Shown: positions 19,950-30,159 of the stretch, one piece after another
Layout of the letters: the number at the start of each line of letters is the position of its first letter
Position numbering within the stretch: the stretch's first letter is position 1
NCBI RefSeq assembly: GCF_947502395.1
Contig: NZ_CANMZM010000003.1
Location: 584,709 to 648,708 of the forward strand
Source: an uncultured Erythrobacter sp.
GTDB lineage: Bacteria; Pseudomonadota; Alphaproteobacteria; Sphingomonadales; Sphingomonadaceae
DNA: 64,000 nucleotides
Direction: 5' to 3'
Translations under genes and position numbers: made by a program
Notes under the pieces: generated by a model
Seen by the model: the letters and a program-made list of their open reading frames with translations, nothing else
Told to the model about the DNA's origin: nothing
Database searches by the model: none

Positions 19950-22900
19950 TGGCGGAAGAGAACAACATTGACCTGCCCGAGGCGGATACGCGCCCCCGCA
20001 AAAGGGTTTGGGCCAAGCGACTGGGTTGGGCGATCGCCATAATTTTCGCGCCCTTGCTTCTGGCAGCGGCCTTTCTTTCATCTCCTATCGGCAAAAGGTT
20101 CGTTGCAGACCAGATCGCAAGCGTAGCGCCTGCGTCTGGACTGCGCTTTGAAGTTGGACGGATCGAAGGTGATATCTACGGTCAGGCGGTTCTGCACGAT
20201 GTCGTACTCAAAGATCCAAATGGGGTGTTCTTGATGATACCGGAGGTGGAGCTGAGTTGGCGGCCTCTAGCCTGGCTGTGGAGCGGATTAGACATTCGCA
20301 AACTTACCGCGAGACGAGGGCGTTTGCAGCGGCTGCCCGAACTCCTTCCTGGCGATCCTGATGCCCCCATCCTGCCCGACTTTGATATCCGCATAGACAA
20401 GCTGGGAGTTGAGAATTTCAAGCTGGCTGAAGGCCTTGCTGGTGAGATGGAGCAACGGGTGGACTTCGCTGCGAAAGTCGATATCCGCAAAGGTCGTGCG
20501 CTCATCGATGCGAGTGGGGCGTTTGGGCCAGAGGACCGCATTGATCTCTTACTTGACGCTGAGCCAGACGGGGATCGGTTTGACCTCGCTTTAGAATACA
20601 GGGCAGCCGAAGATGGACCAATCGCTCAGCTTTCAGGACTAGACGCCGCCTATGAGGCGCAAATTGTGGGCGAAGGGACTTGGTCCAATTGGCTCGGTCA
20701 CGCTTTGGTTTTGCGCGAGATAACCGCACCGGAAGATCCACAAAACCCCGTTCAAAGAGCGCGTGTTGCGGGTTTCCAGCTGACCAACAAGTCGGGGCGA
20801 TATGGCCTGCTTGGCATGGTCACTCCGGATCTTGCCGCACCGTCAATTCTTGATCGCACTTTTGCAGACGGGCTGGCGTTGGCTGTTTCTGGCACGCTCG
20901 AGGCAAGCATTTTCGACGGGAACATCACGGCGGTCAGCGACACTTTGGATCTGCGTGGCCGAGGCGCAATTGATCTGGCGCGCAATCGTGCGGATGCTTT
21001 TGCAGTAAGCCTTGATCTGCGCGATCCGACTTGGCTCGCTCCAGCCACTGAATTGGAGGGCGCTCAGCTTTCGGCCATGCTGGACGGACCATTTCGCGAT
21101 CTCGAAATCGAGCATCGGCTCAGGGTGGATGCGCTGATTGTCGGACGAGCGGTCACCGCGACGAGTGTGGTGCAAACCGGCAGAGCAAGTTTCGATGGAG
21201 AGACGTTCCGCGTTCCCCTCAATGCCCAAACGAGCAAGGTTGAAACCGGGAATCCCCAGATTGACGCGATTCTTACGAGCGGTGAATTGGGGGGTGTAGT
21301 CACCCTGACAGGCAGCGATCTTGCGATTGACAATTCGCGGATCACCTTCCCGGGACTGGTTGGTGAGCTCACCTTGCGCGGGGACCTTTCAACCGGAGCT
21401 TTTGCGCTTGCGGGACCCGTGAGATCGCGCAGCCTAGCGCTCGACAACGTCGGCACCTTGACTGCCGATGCCAAGATTCTGGCAAAGTTTGGAAGCGGAG
21501 TTCCTTGGAGCGTACGTGCCAATTTCACCGGAGCTGCGAGCCAATTCAGCAATGCGACACTCGCAAACCTCGCCGGCGAAACCATCCGGTTTGAGGGCAG
21601 CTTGGGCCTCGGTGCAGGAAGCCCAGTTGTTCTGCGAAACGTAGTACTGGACAGTGAACGCCTCAATGCACGGCTCGATAGCCGAATTGTTGAGGCGCGT
21701 ACCGCGCTTTCCGGCGAAGGCTCCCACGTACAATATGGCGCTTTCAACTTCGATGCATCGCTAGGAGATGACGGTCTTCGTGCCGATCTTTTGCTTGCTG
21801 ATCCATACCCCGCTGCAGGGCTCAAAGATGTCCGCATTGGCATTGCACCCAGAACTGATGGCATCGGCCTCGATATTGAAGGCGGCTCGACGCTCGGTCA
21901 ATTTGAAGGTGCGCTGGCTCTTCAACTGCCGGAAGATGGCCCGGGCAGGATTGGCATCGATAGCCTGAGGATATTCCGCACCAATGTGACGGGGGCTGTG
22001 ACCCTGGGAGATCAAGCGTTGAGCGGTGACCTCGCTCTGAGTGGAGGGGGACTAGATGGAACCATCGTGCTTTCGCCTGCCGCCAATGGAGCGCAGGGGT
22101 TCGACCTTGATCTCGCCTCGCGCGGTGCGCGGTTTGGCGGGGATGTGAATGCCGGGCTCGAGTTTGCCGATGTGGATGCCAGTGGCTATTTCGACGGCAA
22201 CACCAGCCAGATCGAAGGGGAAATCTCTGGGCGAGGTTTGGAGTACGGCGCACTCAGGCTCCATGCTTTCAACGCGAAAGCGCAAATCGTCGATGGAAGC
22301 GGAGATTTGCAAGCCTCGATTGCGGGAAGGCGCGCAGATCGGTTTCAGTTAAAACTCGATGGCGACTTCACCCCGCGCCGCATCGCATTGATTGCCCAAG
22401 GTGAGTATGGCGGAAGAGCCATCACCATGCCGCGCCGCGCCGTTTTGACCGCGCTCGACGATGGTGGGTATTCGTTGGCTCGCACTCAAATTGGGTTTGC
22501 CAGCGGCTTCACTCAGCTCGAAGGGCAAATTGGCGGCGACACCACCCGGATTGAAGCGTCATTTGCGCAGATGCCCTTGCGCCTTGCTGATTTGGTCGGA
22601 GCAGATTTGGGGCTCGGAGGTCTGCTCTCAGGTGTTGCCACTTACAACCAGGGTGCAAGCAGTCCGGCGACTGGGGACGCCCGGTTCGAAATCAAGGGAT
22701 TTACGCGGTCTGGCCTTATCCTATCGTCGCGTCCGATCGATGTCTTTGCGGTCGCAAATTTGTCACCTCGGGAACTGGCGATCGGAGCGCGCCTTATCGA
22801 AGAAAGCGAAAGAGTGGGGCGCCTGGACGCGCGGGTAAGCGGGTTGGGGGATGGAAGCATCGCAGGCCAGTCCCTCGCTGACCGTATCATGCGCGGAAGG

Positions 22901-24193
22901 CTAAGCGCGCAGCTTGGCTATGACGGGGCAGCAGAAGCCTTGTGGAGGCTGCTTGCGATTGAGGTGTTTGATCTGACAGGGCCCATAAATGTGCAAGCTC
23001 GCGCCACGGGCTCGCTTGATTCACCTCGTATCAATGGCGATTTGGCGAGTGACAATCTCAGGCTCCAAAGTGCGATTTCTGGCACCGATATACGGGAAGT
23101 TTCCGCGCGAGGCCGCTTCGAGGGCTCACGTCTAGAACTCACTCGCATTGCTGGCGTGACCAACGGCGGCGGGACAGTCAGCGGCAGCGGTTCAGTGGAT
23201 CTTGCCGATATCTCCGCTTCGCGTGGGCCGAAGATCGACATCAGGGCAGCCGTCAAAGATGCGCAGATCCTCAATGCCAATGGCCTTGATGCAACGATCA
23301 CAGGACCGTTGCGTATCGTTTCCGATGGTGTTGGCGGGGCGATTGCAGGCCGGGTCGAGGTCGACAAAGCGAGCTGGGCCTTGGGTGTTGCAGCCGAAGA
23401 TATGCGGCTGCCTAACATTCCCACCCGCGAGACGGGTCGCGCGGGACTGACCGACGTTGGCACACCAAAGCAAAACTCAGGTTGGCGATATCTGATCGAT
23501 GCCAAATCGCGATCACGCGTTGCAGTAGATGGGTTGGGTCTCGATAGCGAATGGGGTATCGATATTGCCCTGCGCGGAACTGTCAGTGACCCGCGCATAG
23601 GCGGTGAAGCGCGCCTCGTGCGTGGCGACTATCGCTTTGCGGGCACGCGTTTTGAGCTCGATCAGGGTCGGATCGAATTCGACCCAAGTGGCCCCATCGA
23701 TCCTCGGCTGGACATCGAAGCTCGGGCAAGCGCCAATGGCACGAATGTGACAATCGATATCACCGGCAATGCCCAATCGCCGCAGATCGCGTTTTCGTCC
23801 GTCCCAGCTTTGCCTGAGGAGGAGATTTTAGCCCGGCTGTTGTTTGGTGGGTCGGTGACATCGCTTTCGGCAACCGATGCGATTCAGTTGGGTGCTGCTC
23901 TTGCATCGTTGCAAGGCGGTGGAAGCGGGCTTGATCCGATAGGCACACTGCGCCGTTCAATCGGGCTGGACCAACTGCGCATTGTCAGCGCCGATCCAGC
24001 CCTGGGTCGCGGAACGGGGGTTGCGCTGGGCAAAAACCTTGGGCGCCGGGTGTATGTTGAATTGCTCACCGATGGGCAGGGTTACAGCGCAACCCAGGTC
24101 GAATATCGCATTACCAGTTGGCTCGCCCTGCTGGGCAGCGTTACCACAATCGGGCGCGACAGCGTTCTGGCAGAGATCAGCCGCGACTATTAG
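19949..24193 (+). CDS. tamB: Translocation and assembly module TamB (DUF490)
   Basis: 1414 aa, N-terminal TM anchor, repetitive beta-taco segments, C-terminal DUF490 (GLDSEW, SVPALPEEEILARLLFG, GKNLGRRVYV). Confidence 0.94.
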   Translation: MAEENNIDLPEADTRPRKRVWAKRLGWAIAIIFAPLLLAAAFLSSPIGKRFVADQIASVAPASGLRFEVGRIEGDIYGQAVLHDVVLKDPNGVFLMIPEVELSWRPLAWLWSGLDIRKLTARRGRLQRLPELLPGDPDAPILPDFDIRIDKLGVENFKLAEGLAGEMEQRVDFAAKVDIRKGRALIDASGAFGPEDRIDLLLDAEPDGDRFDLALEYRAAEDGPIAQLSGLDAAYEAQIVGEGTWSNWLGHALVLREITAPEDPQNPVQRARVAGFQLTNKSGRYGLLGMVTPDLAAPSILDRTFADGLALAVSGTLEASIFDGNITAVSDTLDLRGRGAIDLARNRADAFAVSLDLRDPTWLAPATELEGAQLSAMLDGPFRDLEIEHRLRVDALIVGRAVTATSVVQTGRASFDGETFRVPLNAQTSKVETGNPQIDAILTSGELGGVVTLTGSDLAIDNSRITFPGLVGELTLRGDLSTGAFALAGPVRSRSLALDNVGTLTADAKILAKFGSGVPWSVRANFTGAASQFSNATLANLAGETIRFEGSLGLGAGSPVVLRNVVLDSERLNARLDSRIVEARTALSGEGSHVQYGAFNFDASLGDDGLRADLLLADPYPAAGLKDVRIGIAPRTDGIGLDIEGGSTLGQFEGALALQLPEDGPGRIGIDSLRIFRTNVTGAVTLGDQALSGDLALSGGGLDGTIVLSPAANGAQGFDLDLASRGARFGGDVNAGLEFADVDASGYFDGNTSQIEGEISGRGLEYGALRLHAFNAKAQIVDGSGDLQASIAGRRADRFQLKLDGDFTPRRIALIAQGEYGGRAITMPRRAVLTALDDGGYSLARTQIGFASGFTQLEGQIGGDTTRIEASFAQMPLRLADLVGADLGLGGLLSGVATYNQGASSPATGDARFEIKGFTRSGLILSSRPIDVFAVANLSPRELAIGARLIEESERVGRLDARVSGLGDGSIAGQSLADRIMRGRLSAQLGYDGAAEALWRLLAIEVFDLTGPINVQARATGSLDSPRINGDLASDNLRLQSAISGTDIREVSARGRFEGSRLELTRIAGVTNGGGTVSGSGSVDLADISASRGPKIDIRAAVKDAQILNANGLDATITGPLRIVSDGVGGAIAGRVEVDKASWALGVAAEDMRLPNIPTRETGRAGLTDVGTPKQNSGWRYLIDAKSRSRVAVDGLGLDSEWGIDIALRGTVSDPRIGGEARLVRGDYRFAGTRFELDQGRIEFDPSGPIDPRLDIEARASANGTNVTIDITGNAQSPQIAFSSVPALPEEEILARLLFGGSVTSLSATDAIQLGAALASLQGGGSGLDPIGTLRRSIGLDQLRIVSADPALGRGTGVALGKNLGRRVYVELLTDGQGYSATQVEYRITSWLALLGSVTTIGRDSVLAEISRDY

Positions 24194-24202
24194 CGCGCCA
24201 CC

Positions 24203-24838
24203 TTAGCCATCTATGTAGAGTTTGGCCTCTTCGCGGCGACGGTTCACCAGACCTTTTAGAACTCTTCCACCAGCCTTGTTCCAGCGCGCAAATTCTGATG
24301 CAGCACCGGCAAAGTCGCCAGCCTTGTGTTTTCGGGTCAATGTCGCTCGGTGGATCGCTCCGGTGTTATAGTGGAAGCTGACCATAGCATCGAACTGCCC
24401 TTGGGTCGTCGAGGCATTTCCAATCGCGCGTGCGACTTCATTTGCATAATGAGTGAGGTCGCTGGCCAGTCGAGCGTTGCATTGCGCCTGCGTCCAGATG
24501 GTGTCGGGTCCGATGTGGGCTTCAGTTTCAAATCCTTTGCCTGTCGCTCCCCATCCAATCGTCCATGGCTCCCCACCGGTGCCCGGATCTGGGTAAGCTT
24601 CAACCATTCCATCGCGCCGCAGACGTGCACAGCCCTCGAAGCGTTTGATTAGCGCGATGCCTTTGGGTCCGATTGAATGCGGGGCTACAGACGGAGCGAG
24701 ATCGTTGGCGCTGACGCTCGCATCAAGCGCTGCATCGAGGTGCTCAACTTCGGATTGGCTAAACTTGCGACCCATAAACTGGCGCACAAGATCGAAAATC
24801 CTTTTGCGGGACCGGGCACGGGGGAAAAGATCAGACAT
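24203..24838 (-). CDS. Phage-type lysozyme/muramidase (GH24) with N-terminal extension
   Basis: LIKRFEG, AYPDPGTGGEPWTIGWGAT, QGQFDAMVSFHYNTG, FARWNKAGGRVLKGLVNRR..EA..Y. Confidence 0.93.
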   Translation of the reverse strand: MSDLFPRARSRKRIFDLVRQFMGRKFSQSEVEHLDAALDASVSANDLAPSVAPHSIGPKGIALIKRFEGCARLRRDGMVEAYPDPGTGGEPWTIGWGATGKGFETEAHIGPDTIWTQAQCNARLASDLTHYANEVARAIGNASTTQGQFDAMVSFHYNTGAIHRATLTRKHKAGDFAGAASEFARWNKAGGRVLKGLVNRRREEAKLYIDG

Positions 24839-25053
24839 AGCAGCAACCTCGGAAATCGATTCGCGAAAGACGAGGCGCATTGATTACGCACAAGATGGGT
24901 AAGTAGGAAAATGGATCAGTGCAATTTCCTTACAAATGCTTGCGGTGATCACCCGTAGAAGGCGAAGTGCCTGTGCTACGTCAATTCAACTCTCAGTCGC
25001 TTATGAGACCGCAAGGTAATCGGGCAGTCTGAGAGGTTTTCTCCAAAACGATC

Positions 25054-27321
25054 ATGAGCTTACCTCTTAGTCATAACGAGGAAGAACGACTGGCGTCGCT
25101 CCATGGACTGCAGCTCCTTGATACCCCGTCGGCCGCCATGTTTGACCGGATTACCAATCTCGCCTCGGTGCTTTTCGATGCTGAGATATCTGTCATTTCG
25201 CTTATCGACAGAGACCGCCAGTGGTTCCTCTCTCGCCATGGTCTTGAGACTTCCGAAACACCGCGCGACGTTGCGTTCTGTTCGGTAGCGATCTCGCAAG
25301 ACTGCCTGTTCGATGTTCCCGACGCGAGGCTTGACCCGCGGTTTGCGCAGAACCCGCTGGTCACAGGTCCACCCTACATTCGTTCTTACCTTGGCCGGCC
25401 CATTCGGAGTCCAGACGGGTATTTGATCGGCACATTGGCTGTGATCGACTCATCGCCGGACAAGTTCGCCAGTTTCGCCCGTGAGAAACTGGCTGTTCTT
25501 GCCGGTGTGGTCGAGGACCTCATGCGCGCGCACAGGCAAACCATTGCAATGACGGAAATGCGGGACAGCGAGCGCGCGAAGCACGATGCTCTTGAGAAAG
25601 CGAACCGCATTTTTGTCGCAGCGGAAAAAGCGGCGCAGATCGGTTCGTGGGAGATCGACCTGTCGACCATGGACTTGACGTGGTCGGACGGAGTTTACGC
25701 GATGCACGGCATGCCGATCGGGCAAGCCATCACGGTGGAGGACGCTATCAAGGCCTACGCATCCAAGGATCGCGAAAATGTCTCTGCCTTGGTTGATGCT
25801 GCAATCAAGAAAGGTGAACCCTTCGAATTCGAAGCCGAACTCGAAGATCGCGGAGGTGGCATCCGGAGAGTGCAATCGCGTGGTGAATGCATCAAAGGCG
25901 ACGCTCTGACCCCAGACAGAATTGTGGGAGTGATCCATGATGTAACGGAGAGCCACCGTGCAAAGACCGCTCTTCAACGCGCGGCTGATTATGATCGCTT
26001 AACGGATTTGCTCAATCGAAACGCGTTTGACCGCATCCTTGGTGAAAAGATCAAACAACAACGCGCAACCGGTCAATCGCTCGCGGTGATGCTGCTCGAT
26101 CTTGATGGGTTCAAGGCGATCAACGACACCTTTGGTCATCTTGTCGGCGATATGGTGCTTGAAGAGATCAGTTCTCGGCTCCGCAAAGCCGTGCCAGAGG
26201 AAGTTGTAATTGCGCGCTGGGGTGGGGACGAGTTTGTATTCGTCCCACCTTTGGGCTCCACTCGCGCTGACATTGAAGCCTTGTGGGAGATAATGGCTGA
26301 GGCTGTCCATAAGCCGTTTGTTATATCCGGGCGTAAGCTGGTCATGCATGGCACCGCAGGTGTTGAGATATGTCACGAGGTCATCGGAGGGCGCGAGATT
26401 GTGCGGCGAGCTGATCTTGCCATGTACACTGGCAAAAAGCGGGCAACCGGGACACTCGGGTTCTATAATGCGGCGCATGCGAAGCAGCACACAGAAAAGC
26501 TTCAGGCGGTCGCCGAGGTACGCGATGCAATCCAGGGCCAGCGACTATTCGCAGCCTACCAACCCATCGTCGATCTTCTGACGGATGAAGTGGTTGGCCT
26601 TGAAGCGTTACTGCGAGTGAAAACGCGAGATGACTTGGTGCTGACCGCGAGCAACGTCATGCCAGCGCTCCTGGATCCGCACGTATCGCGCGAAATCGGG
26701 GAGGCCATGGTCGCTGATATCTGCGCAGAGCACGAGAAGATTTGCGCTGACTTGCCCGCATTGCCCTACATTAGCTTCAACGCCAGCGAAGCTGATCTCC
26801 TAACCCAAAACTATGCGCCCAACCTTCTCAGTCAATTGAGCGAGGCAGGGGTTGATCCGGCTTCGCTCACGCTGGAGGTCACAGAGACTATGCTCATGGT
26901 CAACGATGATGATGCAGCCCGCAGGGTCCTCTCTGAACTCAAAGAGGCCGGTATGCAGATCGCGCTGGACGACTTCGGGACAGGCTTTTCATCGCTTACC
27001 CACTTGCGCGATTTTCCGATCGACATTGTCAAAATTGATCGCAGCTTTGTGCAGGTAATCAGCTCTGATCACCAATCACGCCTTATCGTCCAAGCGATGA
27101 TTGCGATGGCGCAGAGCCTCGAAATCAAGGTGATCGCCGAAGGCATAGAGAGTGAGCGGCAGCGCGACCTTTTGGCCTATATGGGTTGCCGATATGGCCA
27201 AGGCTTTCTGCTCGGTCGTCCGGAAGCACGCGGTCAGCTGCAGCTTGCGAGAAGGTCTACCGCCGAGCGGATTTCACCCAGAGATTTGGTCGCACAGGCT
27301 AAGAGACAAGCGATGCGCTAG
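25054..27321 (+). CDS. GAF-PAS-GGDEF-EAL c-di-GMP diguanylate cyclase/phosphodiesterase
   Basis: GAF (EEERLASL, AFC..AI, YLG.PI), PAS (GSWEID, WSDGVY), DLDGFKAINDTFGH..GD, RWGGDEF, EAL, EVTE, DDFGTGFSSL, KIDRSF, EGIE. Confidence 0.95.
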   Translation: MSLPLSHNEEERLASLHGLQLLDTPSAAMFDRITNLASVLFDAEISVISLIDRDRQWFLSRHGLETSETPRDVAFCSVAISQDCLFDVPDARLDPRFAQNPLVTGPPYIRSYLGRPIRSPDGYLIGTLAVIDSSPDKFASFAREKLAVLAGVVEDLMRAHRQTIAMTEMRDSERAKHDALEKANRIFVAAEKAAQIGSWEIDLSTMDLTWSDGVYAMHGMPIGQAITVEDAIKAYASKDRENVSALVDAAIKKGEPFEFEAELEDRGGGIRRVQSRGECIKGDALTPDRIVGVIHDVTESHRAKTALQRAADYDRLTDLLNRNAFDRILGEKIKQQRATGQSLAVMLLDLDGFKAINDTFGHLVGDMVLEEISSRLRKAVPEEVVIARWGGDEFVFVPPLGSTRADIEALWEIMAEAVHKPFVISGRKLVMHGTAGVEICHEVIGGREIVRRADLAMYTGKKRATGTLGFYNAAHAKQHTEKLQAVAEVRDAIQGQRLFAAYQPIVDLLTDEVVGLEALLRVKTRDDLVLTASNVMPALLDPHVSREIGEAMVADICAEHEKICADLPALPYISFNASEADLLTQNYAPNLLSQLSEAGVDPASLTLEVTETMLMVNDDDAARRVLSELKEAGMQIALDDFGTGFSSLTHLRDFPIDIVKIDRSFVQVISSDHQSRLIVQAMIAMAQSLEIKVIAEGIESERQRDLLAYMGCRYGQGFLLGRPEARGQLQLARRSTAERISPRDLVAQAKRQAMR

Positions 27322-27331
27322 TCCTAAGCTC

Positions 27332-27349
27332 TATAGAGAGCTCTTTACA
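27332..27349. promoter_or_regulatory. Imperfect palindrome, candidate operator of the downstream HTH remnant
   Basis: TATAGAG-AGCT-CTTTACA, about 30 nt upstream of the HTH frame. Confidence 0.35.
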
Positions 27350-27378
27350 GGCACCAATCGCCTTAAAGGGATCTTGGT

Positions 27379-27540
27379 CTGGAAAACCACGTCAATTATC
27401 ACCATGAGAAGTACAGCCGAAGGCAGGGCGAATTGGCATCTCGGCTGGGCGTCTCACGGCAAACGATTAACGCGTTCGAGACCAACAAATATGATCCGTC
27501 ACTTCCGCTGGCCTTGCGTTCACGGGTGCCGCTGGAGTGA
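27379..27540 (+). pseudogene. Truncated/degenerate XRE (Cro/C1) helix-turn-helix regulator, missed by the ORF track
   Basis: Frame reads [53 protein letters not shown]; only a CTG is available as start; the usual C-terminal ..IA.LF....E.IF helix is absent. Confidence 0.75.
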
Positions 27541-27830
27541 TTGCTCATTCTGTTTCGCTGGCAATCGCTGCTGCACTTTATGCACTAGGGCTTTACTTCG
27601 CGTTCGAGTCTTACGTGGTGTCGGATGAGCTTATGAAGGCTGTCAATCGTGAGTTAGCGGTCTGGTCCTATGGTCTTGTCTTCACGTTTCTTGGCGGTTG
27701 GAGCGCGCTCGCACACGCGGGCGTTTTGAAGGAGCCTAGGCCGCTCGATATCTTTAGCGTCTTCTATGGAATGGTCTTGATCGCCACTTTCATCGCTGCC
27801 GGTAGGCGAGGAATGCTCAAAGTTCGATGA
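27537..27830 (+). CDS. Small membrane protein (about 3 TM), possibly an N-terminally truncated partner of the XRE gene
   Basis: Hydrophobic 97 aa; GTGA overlap with the HTH frame; ends [10 protein letters not shown]...PLD.F..F...[13 protein letters not shown]. Confidence 0.6.
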   Translation: MIAHSVSLAIAAALYALGLYFAFESYVVSDELMKAVNRELAVWSYGLVFTFLGGWSALAHAGVLKEPRPLDIFSVFYGMVLIATFIAAGRRGMLKVR

Positions 27831-28060
27831 ACCAATTGCGAGCTCACTCGATAATAAGAGCTCGACGATCTCGCGGCGAACATCTTGATCACGCTGGACA
27901 TGACTGGGGTCTCTAGCTCATCGATCAATCCCAATGCGGAATCAGCGGCAAAAAAATACGATCAGTTTTGCGAGCGATCTAGATGCAATGTAATCGCCGA
28001 CTTTTGGGGGATCGATCGAACCGATATGCGCTAGCGTATCAAGACAGGAACTTTATATGA

Positions 28061-28094
28061 AAACGGCCGCCCCGATTTCTCCGGACGGCCGTTT
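28061..28094 (-). terminator. Intrinsic terminator of glnA
   Basis: AAACGGCCG (28061-28069) / CGGCCGTTT (28086-28094) inverted repeat just past the glnA stop. Confidence 0.8.
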
Positions 28095-28115
28095 GTTTGA
28101 CTGTGAGATCAGTTC

Positions 28116-29525
28116 TTAGGAGCTGTAATACATATCGTATTCAACCGGAGCCGGCGTGGTTTCAAGGCGAAGAACCTCTTCCCACTTGAGCTCAGCGTAT
28201 GCTTCGATTTGATCCTTCGAGAATACGTCGCCCTTGAGCAGGAAGTCGTGATCGGCTTCGAGAGCCTCGAGCGCTTCACGAAGCGAGCCGCAGACTGTTG
28301 GGACCTGTGAAAGCTCAGCAGGTGGTAGGTCATAAAGGTTCTTGTCCATGGCGTCGCCCGGGTGGATCTTGTTCTCAATCCCGTCGAGGCCAGCCATAAG
28401 CAGAGCTGAAAACGCGAGATATGGGTTCGCCAGTGCATCAGGGAAACGGAATTCAACGCGCTTGGCTTTCTCACCAGCACCGTAAGGAATTCGGCAAGAT
28501 GCCGAACGGTTGCGCGCCGAGTAAGCGAGCAGCACTGGTGCTTCAAAGCCCGGCACCAGACGCTTATAGCTGTTGGTGGTCGGGTTGGTGAAAGCGTTCA
28601 GGGCTTTCGCGTGCTTGATGACGCCGCCAATGTAATAAAGGCAGTTTTCCGACAGGCCAGCATACTCATTGCCCGCAAAGGTGGGCTTGCCGTCCTTCCA
28701 GATCGACATGTGGCTGTGCATGCCTGAACCGTTATCGTCCTTGATCGGCTTTGGCATGAAGGTCGCCGTCTTGCCGTACGCGTGCGCAACTTGCTGTGTG
28801 ACATACTTGTACACCTGCACGTGGTCAGCCGATTTGGTCAGCGTCTCATAAGTGATGCCAAGCTCGTGCTGAGCAGCGGCGACTTCGTGGTGGTGCTTGT
28901 CCATGGAAAGGCCGATTTCCTGCATGGTCGAAACCATCTCAGCACGGATATCCATAGCGCTATCGACGGGAGCTACGGGGAAGTAGCCGCCGGTTGCGCG
29001 TGGGCGGTGACCCATATTGCCCATGTCGTATTCTTTGCCGGTGTTGGTCGGCAGCTCAACATCATCAATGGCAAAGCCCGAACCCGCATAGCCGTCTTCG
29101 AAGCGCACATCGTCGAACATGAAGAATTCAGGTTCTGGGCCAACATAGATCGTATCGCCAATGCCGGTCGAAGCGAGGTAGGCTTCGGCACGGGTCGCGG
29201 TTGAACGCGGGTCGCGGCCGTAAAGCTGACCGTCAGAAGGCTCGATGATGTTACAGAAGATCGCGATCATCGGGGTCGCGCTGAATGGGTCGTCGTAAAC
29301 CGCGTCGAGATCAGGTTTCAGGATCATGTCGGACTCATTGATGTCCTTCCAGCCTGCGATTGAGGACCCATCAAACATGAGGCCATCTTCAAGAGCATCT
29401 TCGTCCATGACGACAGCGGACATCGAGAGATGCTGCCACTTACCTTTGGGATCGGTGAAGCGAAGATCGACCCACTCGATCTCCTCATCCTTAATGCGTT
29501 GTACGATTTCTTTAGCGGTCGCCAT
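28116..29525 (-). CDS. glnA: Glutamine synthetase type I
   Basis: [49 protein letters not shown]; adenylylation-site NLYDLP. Confidence 0.99.
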   Translation of the reverse strand: MATAKEIVQRIKDEEIEWVDLRFTDPKGKWQHLSMSAVVMDEDALEDGLMFDGSSIAGWKDINESDMILKPDLDAVYDDPFSATPMIAIFCNIIEPSDGQLYGRDPRSTATRAEAYLASTGIGDTIYVGPEPEFFMFDDVRFEDGYAGSGFAIDDVELPTNTGKEYDMGNMGHRPRATGGYFPVAPVDSAMDIRAEMVSTMQEIGLSMDKHHHEVAAAQHELGITYETLTKSADHVQVYKYVTQQVAHAYGKTATFMPKPIKDDNGSGMHSHMSIWKDGKPTFAGNEYAGLSENCLYYIGGVIKHAKALNAFTNPTTNSYKRLVPGFEAPVLLAYSARNRSASCRIPYGAGEKAKRVEFRFPDALANPYLAFSALLMAGLDGIENKIHPGDAMDKNLYDLPPAELSQVPTVCGSLREALEALEADHDFLLKGDVFSKDQIEAYAELKWEEVLRLETTPAPVEYDMYYSS

Positions 29526-29605
29526 CTTGGTATACTCCAGCTTTTTCGTTTTATCGTGAGAGGTGCGCCCGATCACCTTGAGTGAAAGGCGCTGGTTGTT
29601 AATTC

Positions 29606-30002
<397 letters not shown>

Positions 30003-30119
30003 GATGTGTTATGCTTCGGTAGCTGATCCTGCGCCCTGCGCAAGGATCATTCCTGCCTGCTGCATTGAGCGCAGTAAATTGTAGCTTGGCAACGATTATG
30101 CCCAAGCTACAGGCGGGTG

Positions 30120-30136
30120 TGCCCAAAAATTAGGCA
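30120..30136. promoter_or_regulatory. NtrC-like binding site
   Basis: TGCCCAAAAATTAGGCA fits TGC-N11-GCA with an A/T-rich centre, about 120 bp upstream of the sigma-54 element; a weaker match CGCAGTAAATTGTAGCT lies at 30070-30086. Confidence 0.6.
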
Positions 30137-30159
30137 TCGCTACCATTGTTCGAATGCTA

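Noticed and set aside
24839-25053. c-di-GMP-I riboswitch in front of the GGDEF-EAL gene
   Set aside because: TACGCACAAG resembles the start of the motif, but the GGCAAACC/GNRA stem and the following GCAAAG elements are absent
24194-28060. Prophage or integrative element around the lysozyme
   Set aside because: No integrase, transposase, terminase, structural genes, adjacent tRNA or visible att repeats; treated as a small accessory patch
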